From assembly GCA_013239625.1 (NCBI GenBank), contig MU053334.1:445190-509189 (forward strand): a stretch of DNA of 64,000 nt. Direction: 5' to 3'. Source of the DNA: Lama guanicoe. Lineage: Eukaryota. Position 1 is the stretch's first letter. Every line of letters begins with the position of its first letter. A program made the position numbers and the translations under genes. Below are positions 9,993-20,855 of this stretch, one piece after another. The notes under the pieces were generated by a model. It was not told the DNA's origin and ran no database searches. It was given only the letters and a program-made list of their open reading frames with translations.

Positions 9993-10602
9993 TGAGACAG
10001 GAAGGGGGCAGGGCACAGCCATTCAAGGAATGCCGCAGCAATTATCACCAAAATGGCGAAAGATTCAGCCCCAGCAGGCCTTGAGGCTCAGGATGATGGG
10101 AGATTTAAGTTCCAGCAGATCTTGATCTTCATTGTATGCCCATCGTAATTCATTAATGTGGGGAAGGACACGCCCGCAGGCGCCATGGCAGTCCCGAGGT
10201 CAGCCACAAAAGGTCAAGAGTGGGAGACGGCCAACCTCCTGGGAACCCCAGCCCCTTCCCCTCGACTGGTCCTTCTAATTATTAGCATAGGAAGCCACCA
10301 GGCCCATAAAAACAGCAGCAAGGCGCCTCGCAGCCGCCCCGTCTCTGTGCAGAGAAGGCCCGCACCCTGTCTGTGGAGTGTGCACCTACTAGTAATCTGA
10401 GCACCCAACCCCCACACCTCCTGGCCTGTCCCTTGCCTTTCATGGTATCTCTGTGAATAAATCTACCCTTACTCAACCGTGGCTCCCTCTTGAATTCTTT
10501 CCTGCGCGAGGCCAAGGACCCACACTTGGCGGGGCACGTCCCGGGGGCCCAACCGAAGCCTGGGACACGGCCCTCCTCACGCCCCACTTCTCCAACACAT
10601 CA
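9993..10602 (+). mobile_element. ERV1 solo LTR, MER41-like
   Basis: TG...CA ends, TATA-like CATAAAAA 10305-10312, AATAAA 10456-10461. Blocks ggcgccatggcagtcccgagg, gcccgcaccctgtctgtggagtgtg and gaattctttcctgcgcga resemble cetartiodactyl MER41 (recalled). No clean TSD. Confidence 0.75.
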
Positions 10603-11359
10603 GTGCCACCCTGAGTCCTGGGCTATGCTCCTGCCCAGCCCCCTCTGCTGACTTTAGGAACTCCTGCGATCCTTGTCCAGACCTGTGGATGTGGTCAGTT
10701 GGCCTGGGCTGGCCTCGGAGTCTCCAAGTCCCCTCCTAGAGCAGAAGGTTTGTTGAGGGGACACGGTGGCTGCCCACCTCGGCTGGGTGGCCAAGTCCAG
10801 CTCCTGATGCCTCAGAACCAGCCCTGCAGGGCGGCGGTCAGTGTACCTGCCCAGGCCCTCAGCTGTCCCTACGTCCCTTCCTGGGCCTTGAGCTTGAGGG
10901 CTGTTCTCTCAGCGAGGGTCCTGTTGCCTTGGCCTAAATTCCAGCACAGGCTTGGGGACCTGCAGGACAGGAGTGGCGGGGGGCCGGGGGGGCGGTGTTC
11001 TGTGACCTGCACCCCGGTCAGGAGGAGGGGTCAGGCTCTGGCCCGTGGCCTCAGCCGCCTCCCAGGGTCCCGCCTGTGAAGTGGGGGCTTCCAGGTGACC
11101 AGGGGTGGGCCAGGGTGGAGCGGCGCCCACAGACCTGCTCCTTTAAGCAGAACGGCCCTGGGTTTCCTCTCCTGGACACCCGGTTTCCCCAAGATTTTCC
11201 TTGGCTTAAAAATAGTATGACAACCATGCGCGGATGGTCTCCAGGCCGCTGCCCCGCTCCTCCAGAGGCATCAGTGGGAGCCCTCCTTCCGCCCCCCACC
11301 TGCCCGGTCACCCCCAGGGAGCAGGTCCCCACAGGCTGGGAAAGGATGAACCAGTGAGC

Positions 11360-11515
11360 GATCCGGAGGGCCCCGCCCCGCCCCCTGCCGCGGCCCCGCC
11401 TCCCCCGCGGCCCCGCCCCCTGCGAGTCCCAGGCGGGGCTGTGGGTGGGCGATGGCTGCTGTCTCCTTTCGTGCTTGTCTCAGGCCACCGTCCCACCCGC
11501 ACTTATAGGTGAGGT
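11360..11515 (+). promoter_or_regulatory. CpG-rich GC-box cluster followed by a 5' splice-site match
   Basis: Several CCCCGCC(C) Sp/KLF boxes at 11371-11420, and TAG|GTGAGG at 11508/11509. Confidence 0.4.
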
Positions 11516-12717
11516 CTCGGGGCCTGCTGTCTGCCGGGACCCTGGTGCTGCGGGCTGCGACCCTGCCCCTCCGCTCAACGGGGCTCTGCCTTGCCGCGGG
11601 CCTCCATCAGCGCCCCTCCCAGCCCAGCCCCTCTCCCACCAGGGCCTTCGGTCCGGATCCCGGGTCCCGGTCCCGAGGGCCCTCAGCAGCGAGGCCCGAG
11701 TCTGCTCCCGGCGTGCTCCTGGTTCCCAGCTGGGGAGGGGTCCCCACGGAGACCCCGGGGCCAGGCCCGCAGGGCCGGTGGGCGCACAGCGGGGTGGCAG
11801 GCAGGGTCCTGCTCCCCAGTCCGGGGCCCCCAGCCTGGTCTGGGTCGCTGGGGTGAGCCCCACTTCCCACGGACAACCCGGGGGCCAGTGGGAGATGCAG
11901 TCTCTCCTCCTACCAAGGCAGAGCGGCCTCCGCCTGCCTCCACCTCTGCCCCAGCCCCCAGGCTTTCAGGCACAGCTGGCGGCGACAGGGGACAGCCCTC
12001 AGAGGTTCCCAATCACAGGTTGTGAAATGGGGCCTTCCCAGCAGGAGTTTGGCAGAGCAGGTGCTGCTGGCGCCCCCACCCTTGGCCCACCCAGGAGGGG
12101 GATGTTGGAGAGTGGGGGGTTGCTTCTTCAAAGGGAGGGGCGTCAGTGTGGCAGAGGGGTCAGAGGAGGGAGGGGGGAGGGAGGGGTGGTTGGCTGGAGC
12201 CCCTCCAGTCTGCAGCAGCTCCCTCTGCTTCCCCACCTGCCTCTGGACCCTGAGCTGCGTCTCCCGAGGGGTGCGCCCCTGAGCCAGGGCCTTCACTTCT
12301 CCTGGACCACCCTGGAGGGCTTTCCCCTGTCCCTGGGTGCCCCCCAGGCCAGAGGGGAGGAGGAACGGGCCAGCCAGGTGGGCAGCCGCCCCTGTGGACC
12401 CGATGCTGGGCCATGTCCTTGGCGCTGTCTTTGGGTGCCCTGGGAATGGGGACAGGGGCCAGGCCCTGGACAGAGCAACTGCCCCTCCCCCCATGGCCCG
12501 CCACAGACCCCCCAGCAGCCCTGGGGCATCGGGGTCCTCCCCCCTTCACCAGGCCCGGGAGGGAGGTTTCCGCTCTACCCCACCCCTCTGCTCCCCTGGT
12601 GAGTAAGGAGGTCTTCTTGTGTGTAAACGGCAGGGTTCCCTGATGGTTCGGTGTCTGTTCTCTCCTGCTGCCCCGTGGACCCTCAGCCTCCAAGGGCCTT
12701 GCCGCACGGTTCAGTCC

Positions 12718-12775
12718 AGCCCCGTTTTCATTTGGGAAACTGAGGCCTGGAGGGTGGGGTCTCCCCAGGCCACCA
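12718..12775 (-). mobile_element. MIR fragment
   Basis: cccgttttcatttgggaaactgaggc resembles the MIR core. Confidence 0.5.
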
Positions 12776-13934
12776 AGGAGGCAGAGCTGGCCCGGCCATG
12801 GGTCCCTCTGGTGCATGTCCCTCCTCCTCAGGCCCCACTCCAGCAGGTGCCCTGACTGCATCCCCCTTGAGCTCCCTATGGTGGGCAGCTCTAAAAGTGC
12901 CCACCAAGGCCCCTGGGCTGGTGCATACCCCACATGTGTCTGGGGCAGTGGGCCGTGGGCTTCCTCTCCCCACGGGTTCAGCGCAGGTGGACACTCTCAG
13001 GAGTTGGTCCTTATGGGCCCCTGTCAGGCTCCAGCTGTGCAGGCCACCTGGGTCCAGCTGGGGCAGGGGATGCCCTGTTAGCCCACCTCTTTGCAGCGGG
13101 ATCGTGACCATAAGCACAGAAGTGTAGAGCTCGGCCGTTTGCCCACCCAGGCCTTCATTTTCGGGGAAGGCAGCAGAGCCAGGACCCGTGCCTGGGCCCA
13201 GAGAGGACTGGGCCCTCTGGGCACCCTGGGGTGACGACAGGTCCCGTTGACCCTTTGCTACTCTTCTTGGGCTCCACCCATGAGCAGAGCTCCCACTGTC
13301 TGGCCCTTGGTCGCCCATGGAGACACCAGTGATGAGGACACAGGTGTTCTCAGCAGCCGCCCAGGCGCCTCACGGGTGACGACCTTGCTCAGAGCTCAGA
13401 GTCTGGGCTGGGCTTCGGCTTCCCTCCTGGCTTTCGCTGAAGCACCTTTTAAAGCCACCACTCAGAGTCGAGCCCGTGAAAGTCAGTGATCTCGGCCCCA
13501 ACCACCTTGCAAGTAGTAGGTGCTCGCTGTGACCTGGGATGGAGGATGCTGCCCACCACCCCACCCCCTCATTTTTGGGATCTGTAAGCAATATATCTGG
13601 TGACTTTACTTCTCTAGTGTGAGTGTGTTGAAACTGCGCCTGCAGTCGGAATGCCCTGGGCTTCTCCCCTCCCCAGAGCGGGACTTGGATGCAAGGGAGT
13701 AGAGTCGTGTGTGCCCCCTCGTTCAGCAGGTGTGATCTGAGCAGTCTTAACACACTAGCCCGGCTTCTGACACAACACAGCCCCAGAGAAGAGCCTTCCC
13801 TGAGAAGCGGTTCTGGGCCGGCAGGGTGGGCCCGGGGAGGGGTGTTCCTTCTGAGGGACGCCCGCTTCCCTCCATGCCTGCCTCCTCACTTCCCTTTCCT
13901 GAGGAAACACTTGCCAGTGTCTTAAAATCGGAAC

Positions 13935-16900
13935 TGGGCCCAAATGTCATAGAATATTCCGCCGGATGCAGCAGAATCACATTCTTTATAAGTGCACATG
14001 GATCATTCACAAAGATGGGCCATAATTTAGTCAGAAAACAAAAGTCAACATATTTAAAACGGCAAAAAAATCATGCAAAGCAAGTTAGGAAACCACATGG
14101 AATTAAACTAAAAGTCAACGACAGAGGGCTGTATATGTGGAAAATTCCAAGTATTTAGACATAAAGACATGCTCCTAACCAACCCATGAACCACAGAGGA
14201 GGCCACAAGAGGCATTAGGAAATATTTAAAATAGAATAAAAATGAAAGCAAAACCTGTCAAAACTTGTGAACTGCAGCTAAAGCATTTTCTTAGATGGAC
14301 TTTTCCACATTTAATATTAAGGAAAAGGAAAGTCAAAGCAAACAGAAAGAAGCAAACAGTAAAGAGCAGAAATAAATAACGTTTGAAAGAAAACCAATGA
14401 GCACAACAAGGAGCCAATGGAGATTGTCAGTGGAACAAACAAGCAAAACTGTCTCCGTGAAGAGATTAAAAACAATATTGACAAACCCTGCTAAGGTGGA
14501 TCGTGAAAAAAAGGGCAAATACATCAACGATTAATATCAAGATGAAAAGGGGGCATAACTGCAAATCCTACAGACATTAAACGGATAGTAAGGGGATTTT
14601 ATGAGCAACTTTAGACCGAGACATTTGAGAACTTAGATGAAGTAGGCAAATCTGAAGGAAACAAATACATAAAACTTGCTCAAGAAGAAACTGACAACTT
14701 GAGCAGCTGTCTGTTGAGTCTAGAAACCTGACGCATAATTCAAAAACCTTCCCACAAAGGAAACTCCAGGTTCAGGGGGCTTCGCTGGTAAATTCTATCA
14801 GATGTTTAAAGAAAAAGTAATAACAATCTTACATAAATTCTTTCAGGAAATAAAGAAGCAGGGGACACGTCTCAACTCATTTTATGGGGCTGGTGTTTAT
14901 GTTGATTCCAGAACCAAAGACGTCACAAGTAAAGCAAACTGCAGATCAATCCCTCTCAAGAAAATAGGTGCAAAAATCCATAACAAAATATTAGGAGGTC
15001 AAACTCAACACTTTATACACAGGCTAACACCCAGTAAGGTTTACACCAAGAATGCAAGATTGGTATAACATGAAAATCAACCAGTGTAACTCACTATACT
15101 CGTAAAATAAAGGAGGAAAGCAAATGATCATATTACAAGCAGAAAAAGCATTTGAAAAAACACGTGACCCTCCAGTGATAAGAATTCTCAGAAAGCTAGG
15201 GATGAAAAAGAACATCTTCAACCTGATTAGGGACATTTACAAAGACCCTGACACTAACATCACACTCAGAGGTAAAAGTCTGTTCCAGGATTGGGAAGGA
15301 GAGTAGGCTGTCTGCTCTCGCCGCTTCTAGTTAACATTGTACCAGAGGACCTTGCCAATGCAATAAGACAAGTAAAAGAAATGAAAGACACTCATGTTGG
15401 AAAGATCTGAGTGGTGCATTTCATAGAGATGTCTGTATTTGCAGATGAAATACTTACATACGTAGAGAACCTTAAGGAACCTACAAAATATCTACTAGAA
15501 ATGATCAAGATTGCAGCATATAAGGTAAAGCACAAAACCAATGGTTCTCTACACAGTAGAAATGCACAGTTAGAAATTAAAGGAGACAGCTCCATTTACA
15601 ATAGTATCATAAATAAAATACCGAGGAACACATTTTAACAAAAGTTGTACAAGATGTGCATGCTAAAAACTACAGAGCATTACAAAGCAGAGTGCAGAGG
15701 CCGAAGTAAGCGGAAACCTACTCCACCTTCGCGGCAGGGGATTCAACGCTGCCAGCGCGGCTGCCTTCCTCAAACTGAGCCAAAGATTCAGTGCAACACC
15801 CCTCGAAGTCCTAACAGGCCTTGCTGAAGAAACCGACAAACCGCTTTCAAATTCGTATGGGAAGGCCAGGGACCCAGGAGAGACAAAAGGTTCTGAAGAA
15901 CCAAGATAGAGTGGGAGGGCTCGCACTACCTGATTTCAGGAAAGTTACACGCACACACACATACATAATTTGTATTATATTTTTTATTTATATTGTCATA
16001 AAGGTATAGTCTGTATGATTACTAGCATGCTGTTGGCATAAAGACAGACGTGCAGACCAACGCAGCAGGGCAGAGTCCAGGACAAGACCATTACTTTCAT
16101 GGTGACTTGGTTTTCAAAAAGGTGCCAAAGTAATTAGCAGGATAAAGGCAGTCTTTTAAGCAGATAATGCCAAGTGGCTGTCTTTCTGTATGAAAACGAA
16201 ATGAACCTTGACCCTTGGCTAACACCATATACAAATATCATAACCTAATTGCAAGAGCAAAAGCTATTATATTTATAGAAGAAAATATTTATGACATTGT
16301 TATAGGCAAAATTTTCTTAAACCAGACACAAAAAGCACAAAATAAAAAAGAAAAACACCTATAAAATAGGCTTTATTAAGATTAAAAACTTTTATTCTTT
16401 GAAAGACATGGCTACCAAAATGGCAAGCCACAATCTGGGGGAAAATTTTGCAAAACATAGCTGAAAAGGAACTTATATCCAGAATATATACACAGAGCTC
16501 TCATGGCTCAATAAAAATAAGGTAAACAACTCAGTTAAAAATAGGAAAAGAGTTACAGGCACCCTCACAAAGTACGGTAAAGTGTTTGTCAGTAGGCATA
16601 TGAGAGGACGTTCAACATTGCTTGCCCTCAATAAACACACATTCAAACTGCAAAGATATGCCAGTCTCCACACACGGACAACACCAAGTGTTGACAAGAA
16701 TGTGGAGCGACTGGAACTCTCAGATGTTGCTGGGAAGAAGGTGAAATTGTGCAGCCACTTTGGAAAACAAAACATTACCAAGTTAAATGTGTACTTACCA
16801 TGCAACCCAGCAGGTTCACCTGTAGGCATTTACCAAAGACAGAGAAAACCACGTGGCCACAAAAAAGACATAGGAGAATGTTTAAAGCATCATCCTTCAA

Positions 16901-17320
16901 GAGTTCTGAAGACTGGAGCTGGTGTGTGTGCCCGTCCACTGGCCAATGGACAGACAAGCTGCAACAGAGTCGCACACTGAGAAGCTCCCCTCCAACAAAC
17001 ATGAACGTGTTGCTGTGTGCAGCATGGCTGGGTACTGAAAGCATCCTATTGACTGAAAGCAGTCAAATACAGAGGACTGCAGGACTCCACCAGCGAGCTC
17101 TGAGAATGCCAGCCCCGGGGGAGCAGCACAGCCGCGGCTTCCGGGCCCGGATGGGGAGGCGCCAGCCGGAGACCGGCTCGGGCGCCCCCCGCCCCCGCCC
17201 CGTTTCCGCGTCCTGACTGCGGTGGTGGGTGCGCGGCTGCATGCAGTTACTGAAACTTACCGGGCTGTACACTTAAAACGATGCGTTTTAGTGCATGTCA
17301 ATGGCCCTGTAATGAACAAA
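13935..17320 (+). mobile_element. Old L1 (L1M-type): decayed ORF2 and 3' UTR
   Basis: A-rich. ORF2 relics FFISAHGSFTKMGH, AEKAFEK and VFADEILTYVEN (FADD region, ~15435). The 3' end tgtacacttaaaa...catgtcaa is typical of L1ME/MC. Many stops and frameshifts. Confidence 0.9.
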
Positions 17321-17329
17321 GAAATGAAC

Positions 17330-17600
17330 CCACTGCTTCAGACAGCTGTCGTTTGCTTAGCTCATGGTTTTGCAGTTTGCGTCTGGGCTCCTTGCCGTGC
17401 GTCTGCGGTCAGCGGGCGGGTCTGCAGGACCGGCCGCGGCCGGAGTAGCTGGGATCATTGGCGCCTGTCTCCAACGAGCCCTCGCTTTTCCGGAAGAAGG
17501 CGGCTGTTCACATGGTGGGCACGCTGCTTTCAAGAGCTTCAGGAGACCCCAGGGCGCGAGCTCTTGTGTCACATCTGCTGCTGTCCCGGTGGCCACCCTG
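17330..17600 (-). mobile_element. Degraded MLT1-like LTR
   Basis: gctcatggttttgcag...ttcacatgg...ttcaagag...tgtgtcacatctgctgctgtcccggtggcca. Confidence 0.5.
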
Positions 17601-18479
17601 AGGAATACGTTAGCGCAGCAAGTTCGGAGGGAGAAATGAGGAGCCACTGTGGGGCGTGCCTTCTTCTGCGGGGCCATGTCTCTTCCCCTTCTGTCCCCTC
17701 AGCTCCTGCCGCCTCATCCTTCACTTCCTCCATCTCAGGGACCGTGCAGTGGCTTAAGGGCTTAGCCAGATTTGAAAAGAAAAGCTGGGCGTGGGCATCC
17801 CCCGTCTCCCCTCTCCCTTCCTCTGGGGGCTGGCCTTGCTTCTGCAAGCAGGGGGCTTGTCTGGGCCGGTGCTGCTGGCGGTTGGAGGGTGTCCATTCCT
17901 CTCTAGGGGCCAGAGTCAGCAGGCACACTTACCCGCAAGCACGATTCTGGGCCTCCAGCCCAGAGGTTATAACGGACAAAACCAGGGTTGGCCCCGCACG
18001 CACCAGCTGCCCTTCCTTCTTCCCGGCTGGTTCCAGCATTCAGCTGGGGAGGGTGCTGTGAACGAAGCTCCGCCACCACCCGAGGACCCCAGCAAAATAA
18101 GCGAGAAGCTTTACCGAGCATTTCAAGCAAGGCTCAGCCACAAAGAACCCCCTGACTCAGTGGCGTCTCAGTCAGGGCCGCGCTGCTGTGCGGCAGTGAC
18201 ACGAGCCCCTGTCTTGGTGCCTTGAGGCAACAAAGCTTTTGTCCCATGCCCACGTCACGTCTGTTTCCCTCGGTGGGTGCCCTGTTCCCCTTTTCTCGCT
18301 CCAGGACCCATGGTGATGGGGCAGCTATCGCATCAGAGATCATGCCTGCCTGCCAGGTGGCAGGTCCGGCCTGGTGTCTAAATCCTTGGAACGAAGGGCG
18401 ACCTGGCTGCCGGCAGCCACCAGGGTCAGGATGTGAGATACTGCTGTGTGAACAGGGTGGGGAGCTGGCCATGGTGACT

Positions 18480-19600
18480 TCCATGGCAGATTTAAAGAGG
18501 AAAACCTTTAACAGCTGCAGAAAGAAAACACCTGATGAAAGTAAACAGCTTGTGTTGATTTTTTCTTTTTAAAGCAAACTAAGACTAGAAGGAAACACTC
18601 CTAATCTGTTAGGGAGTATCGGTCAAAAAATGGCAGCAAACACCAGATTTAGTGCTGCAACTTTAGAATCGTTTCCATGGAAGTCGGGAAAACAGAGGCT
18701 GGCTACAGTGACCGCTTTCAGTCCACGGGGTCTGGAGCTTCTTGCCAAAGCAACGAAACAAGAAAAAAAAAATCAGGATTTGAAAAAAACAGAACAAAAC
18801 CGTCCTGATTTAAAGACAGTGATTATCAAGACGAAAAAGCCAATTAGAATTCAGTAACGTTGTTGGATACAAGGCTAATGGAAAAAAACACACAAACCGA
18901 TAGCATTTATTTAAGCTCATAAAAACCAAGTGGAAAATACAATAGAGAATTATCTCATTAACACGGCCACAAAGCCCACGCAAATTCCTGAGAATAAATC
19001 AAACAGAACATGTCTCAGTCCATTAAGAGAAAATGGCTCTATGTCCTGGAAGGGCACGTGGGGGAGGTCTTACGAAGCAGAGAGAGGTATGCCCTGCTCA
19101 TGGATGGGAAGATGCGATTTTGAAAAATGACACCAATTATTGGCAAATAGCTGAATAAAACCCAAGAAAGTAGCTTTCACAACCCCGACAGAGTTCTTCA
19201 CGGGTTGTGGCAGGCGGCCCTGACGTGAAGGTCAAAGAACAGAGAAGAACCAAGGGTTCTCAAAGAAGCACCAGGTGGGAAGGCTGTCTCCAGAGGCAGC
19301 ATGGCCGTGGTGCGGGGATAGGCAAGAGGACCGTGGAACAGACTGCACGCAGGATACTGGCTGCCGTGGGGACGGCCTCCACAGCTGCAGGGAGCGTGGG
19401 CCTTTAGTACCTGCTGCTGGGGCAGTTTCCCTCTGTGGGGAAGTTGGAAAGAGGTCTCCACTTCACGCCCCAAACTAAAATCAGACACCAAGTGGCTTAA
19501 AGAACTAGGTGTGAAGAGCCAAATGTTTAAACTCTTAGGAGAAAATGAAGCCTCTGACGTCAGGGCAGGGAAGGGCTTCTTAACCAAGGCACTAAAAGCC
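18480..19600 (+). mobile_element. Old L1 ORF2 fragment
   Basis: LESFPWKSG..., LELLAKATKQEK and MPCSWMGR relics; A-rich. Confidence 0.8.
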
Positions 19601-20552
19601 ACCTGCGGGCTCTCCTGGGCGGGCCTACCTTCCAGACACAAGTGACAAAACAAGCAACAAGCAGACACTTGGCCTCTGGGCTCCAGGAAATGCAAGGGAA
19701 CCAACCTTGGGACCCGCATTCACCCGCCAGACCTTCTGTCCCGGCTGGCCTGCCGAGAGGCCGGGCTGGTGAGAGGGAGTGGGACCCCGAGGCAGGCTGC
19801 GTGCCCGCCCCCCAAGACGGCACGTGCCTGTCCTGGCGCCAGATGCGGCGGTGAGCCCAGACCTGTGTGCGCAGCCCGCACGCACCGCAAACAGTGCTGA
19901 GCGAGAACAGACGGCTGGCTCCTTGGACACCGACCCACCTCTGTGGATTTCCGACGTCACCCGGGGTCTGTAACACGCACATTTACAAACGTGGTAAAAT
20001 TATAAAAGAAACTTTGAGAACCATGGAATTCTGGGGCTGGAGAGGTACCAGTTCTATCTATAATATTTTATTTCTTGACGGAAAAATATTGAAGCAAAAA
20101 TGTCAACTGACCAACATTGGCTGAGGCTGGATGGCTTGTTCTGGACAATGTGTTTGAAGCCTCTCCGAGGGAGGAGGAGACGGGGGCTGGTGGGCGTGCC
20201 CGGCCCCGTCCAGAGCCAACCCGGGCCCGGCAGCAGCGCGGAGCACACGCCGCAGGGGAGCCGCAGGTCCGGGCCTGAGCCACTTGTCCACGGTGCGGCC
20301 AGCCCCTCCCCGCATAAGCCGGCCGGCCGAGCCCACAGCCTGTGACCAGGAGGCCAGAGCCGGGGCCCTCGGCGTGATGGGGCCCTGAGAACCGCATGGC
20401 GCCTGGTGGCCCTTGAAGGAACCTCTGCCAGCGTTTGCTGGTGGTGTCGAGTCAGATCCCGTCCGTTTAGGGTTCTGCGGCCACTTCCTGCCCCCGAACA
20501 GCCTGCTGAGGATTCTCTCCCCGTGCACTTCTCCCGGTTTGTTCTTGCAGGT

Positions 20553-20855
20553 TGTCGTGGGCTGGACTGTGTTCCCCAGTTTGTATGTGGGGGTCCTGAG
20601 CCCACAGCCCACAATGTGACTGTGTTTGGAGGTGAGGGCTTCAAAGAGGTGATTAGGTGACATGAGGTCCCTGGGGTGGGTCCTGAGCCCACAGGCCTGG
20701 TGTCCTTACAGGAAGAGGAGATCAGGACACAGACACACGCAGAGGGACACCACGTGAGGACGCGGGAGAAGACGGCCCCACCCACGCCCGGCCCTCGGAC
20801 TCCCGCCCCCAGGACGGGGGACAGTAAACAACCAACAGTGCTGTTTAAGTGGCCT
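20553..20855 (+). mobile_element. MLT1A-like LTR
   Basis: aatgtgactgtgtttggaggtgagggcttcaaagaggtgattagg...ggtgtccttacaggaagagg...gctgtttaag. Confidence 0.85.

Noticed and set aside
11445..12602. 385-aa intergenic ORF (also 25776-26804, 17222-18061, 20881-21708 and similar)
   Set aside because: Pro/Gly/Arg/Ala-rich low-complexity translations with no recognisable domains, mostly non-ATG starts; expected by chance at this GC content.
14802..15638. Reverse-transcriptase-like ORF fragments
   Set aside because: These are frameshifted relics of L1 ORF2 (FADD degenerated to FADE), not an active RT or retron-like system.
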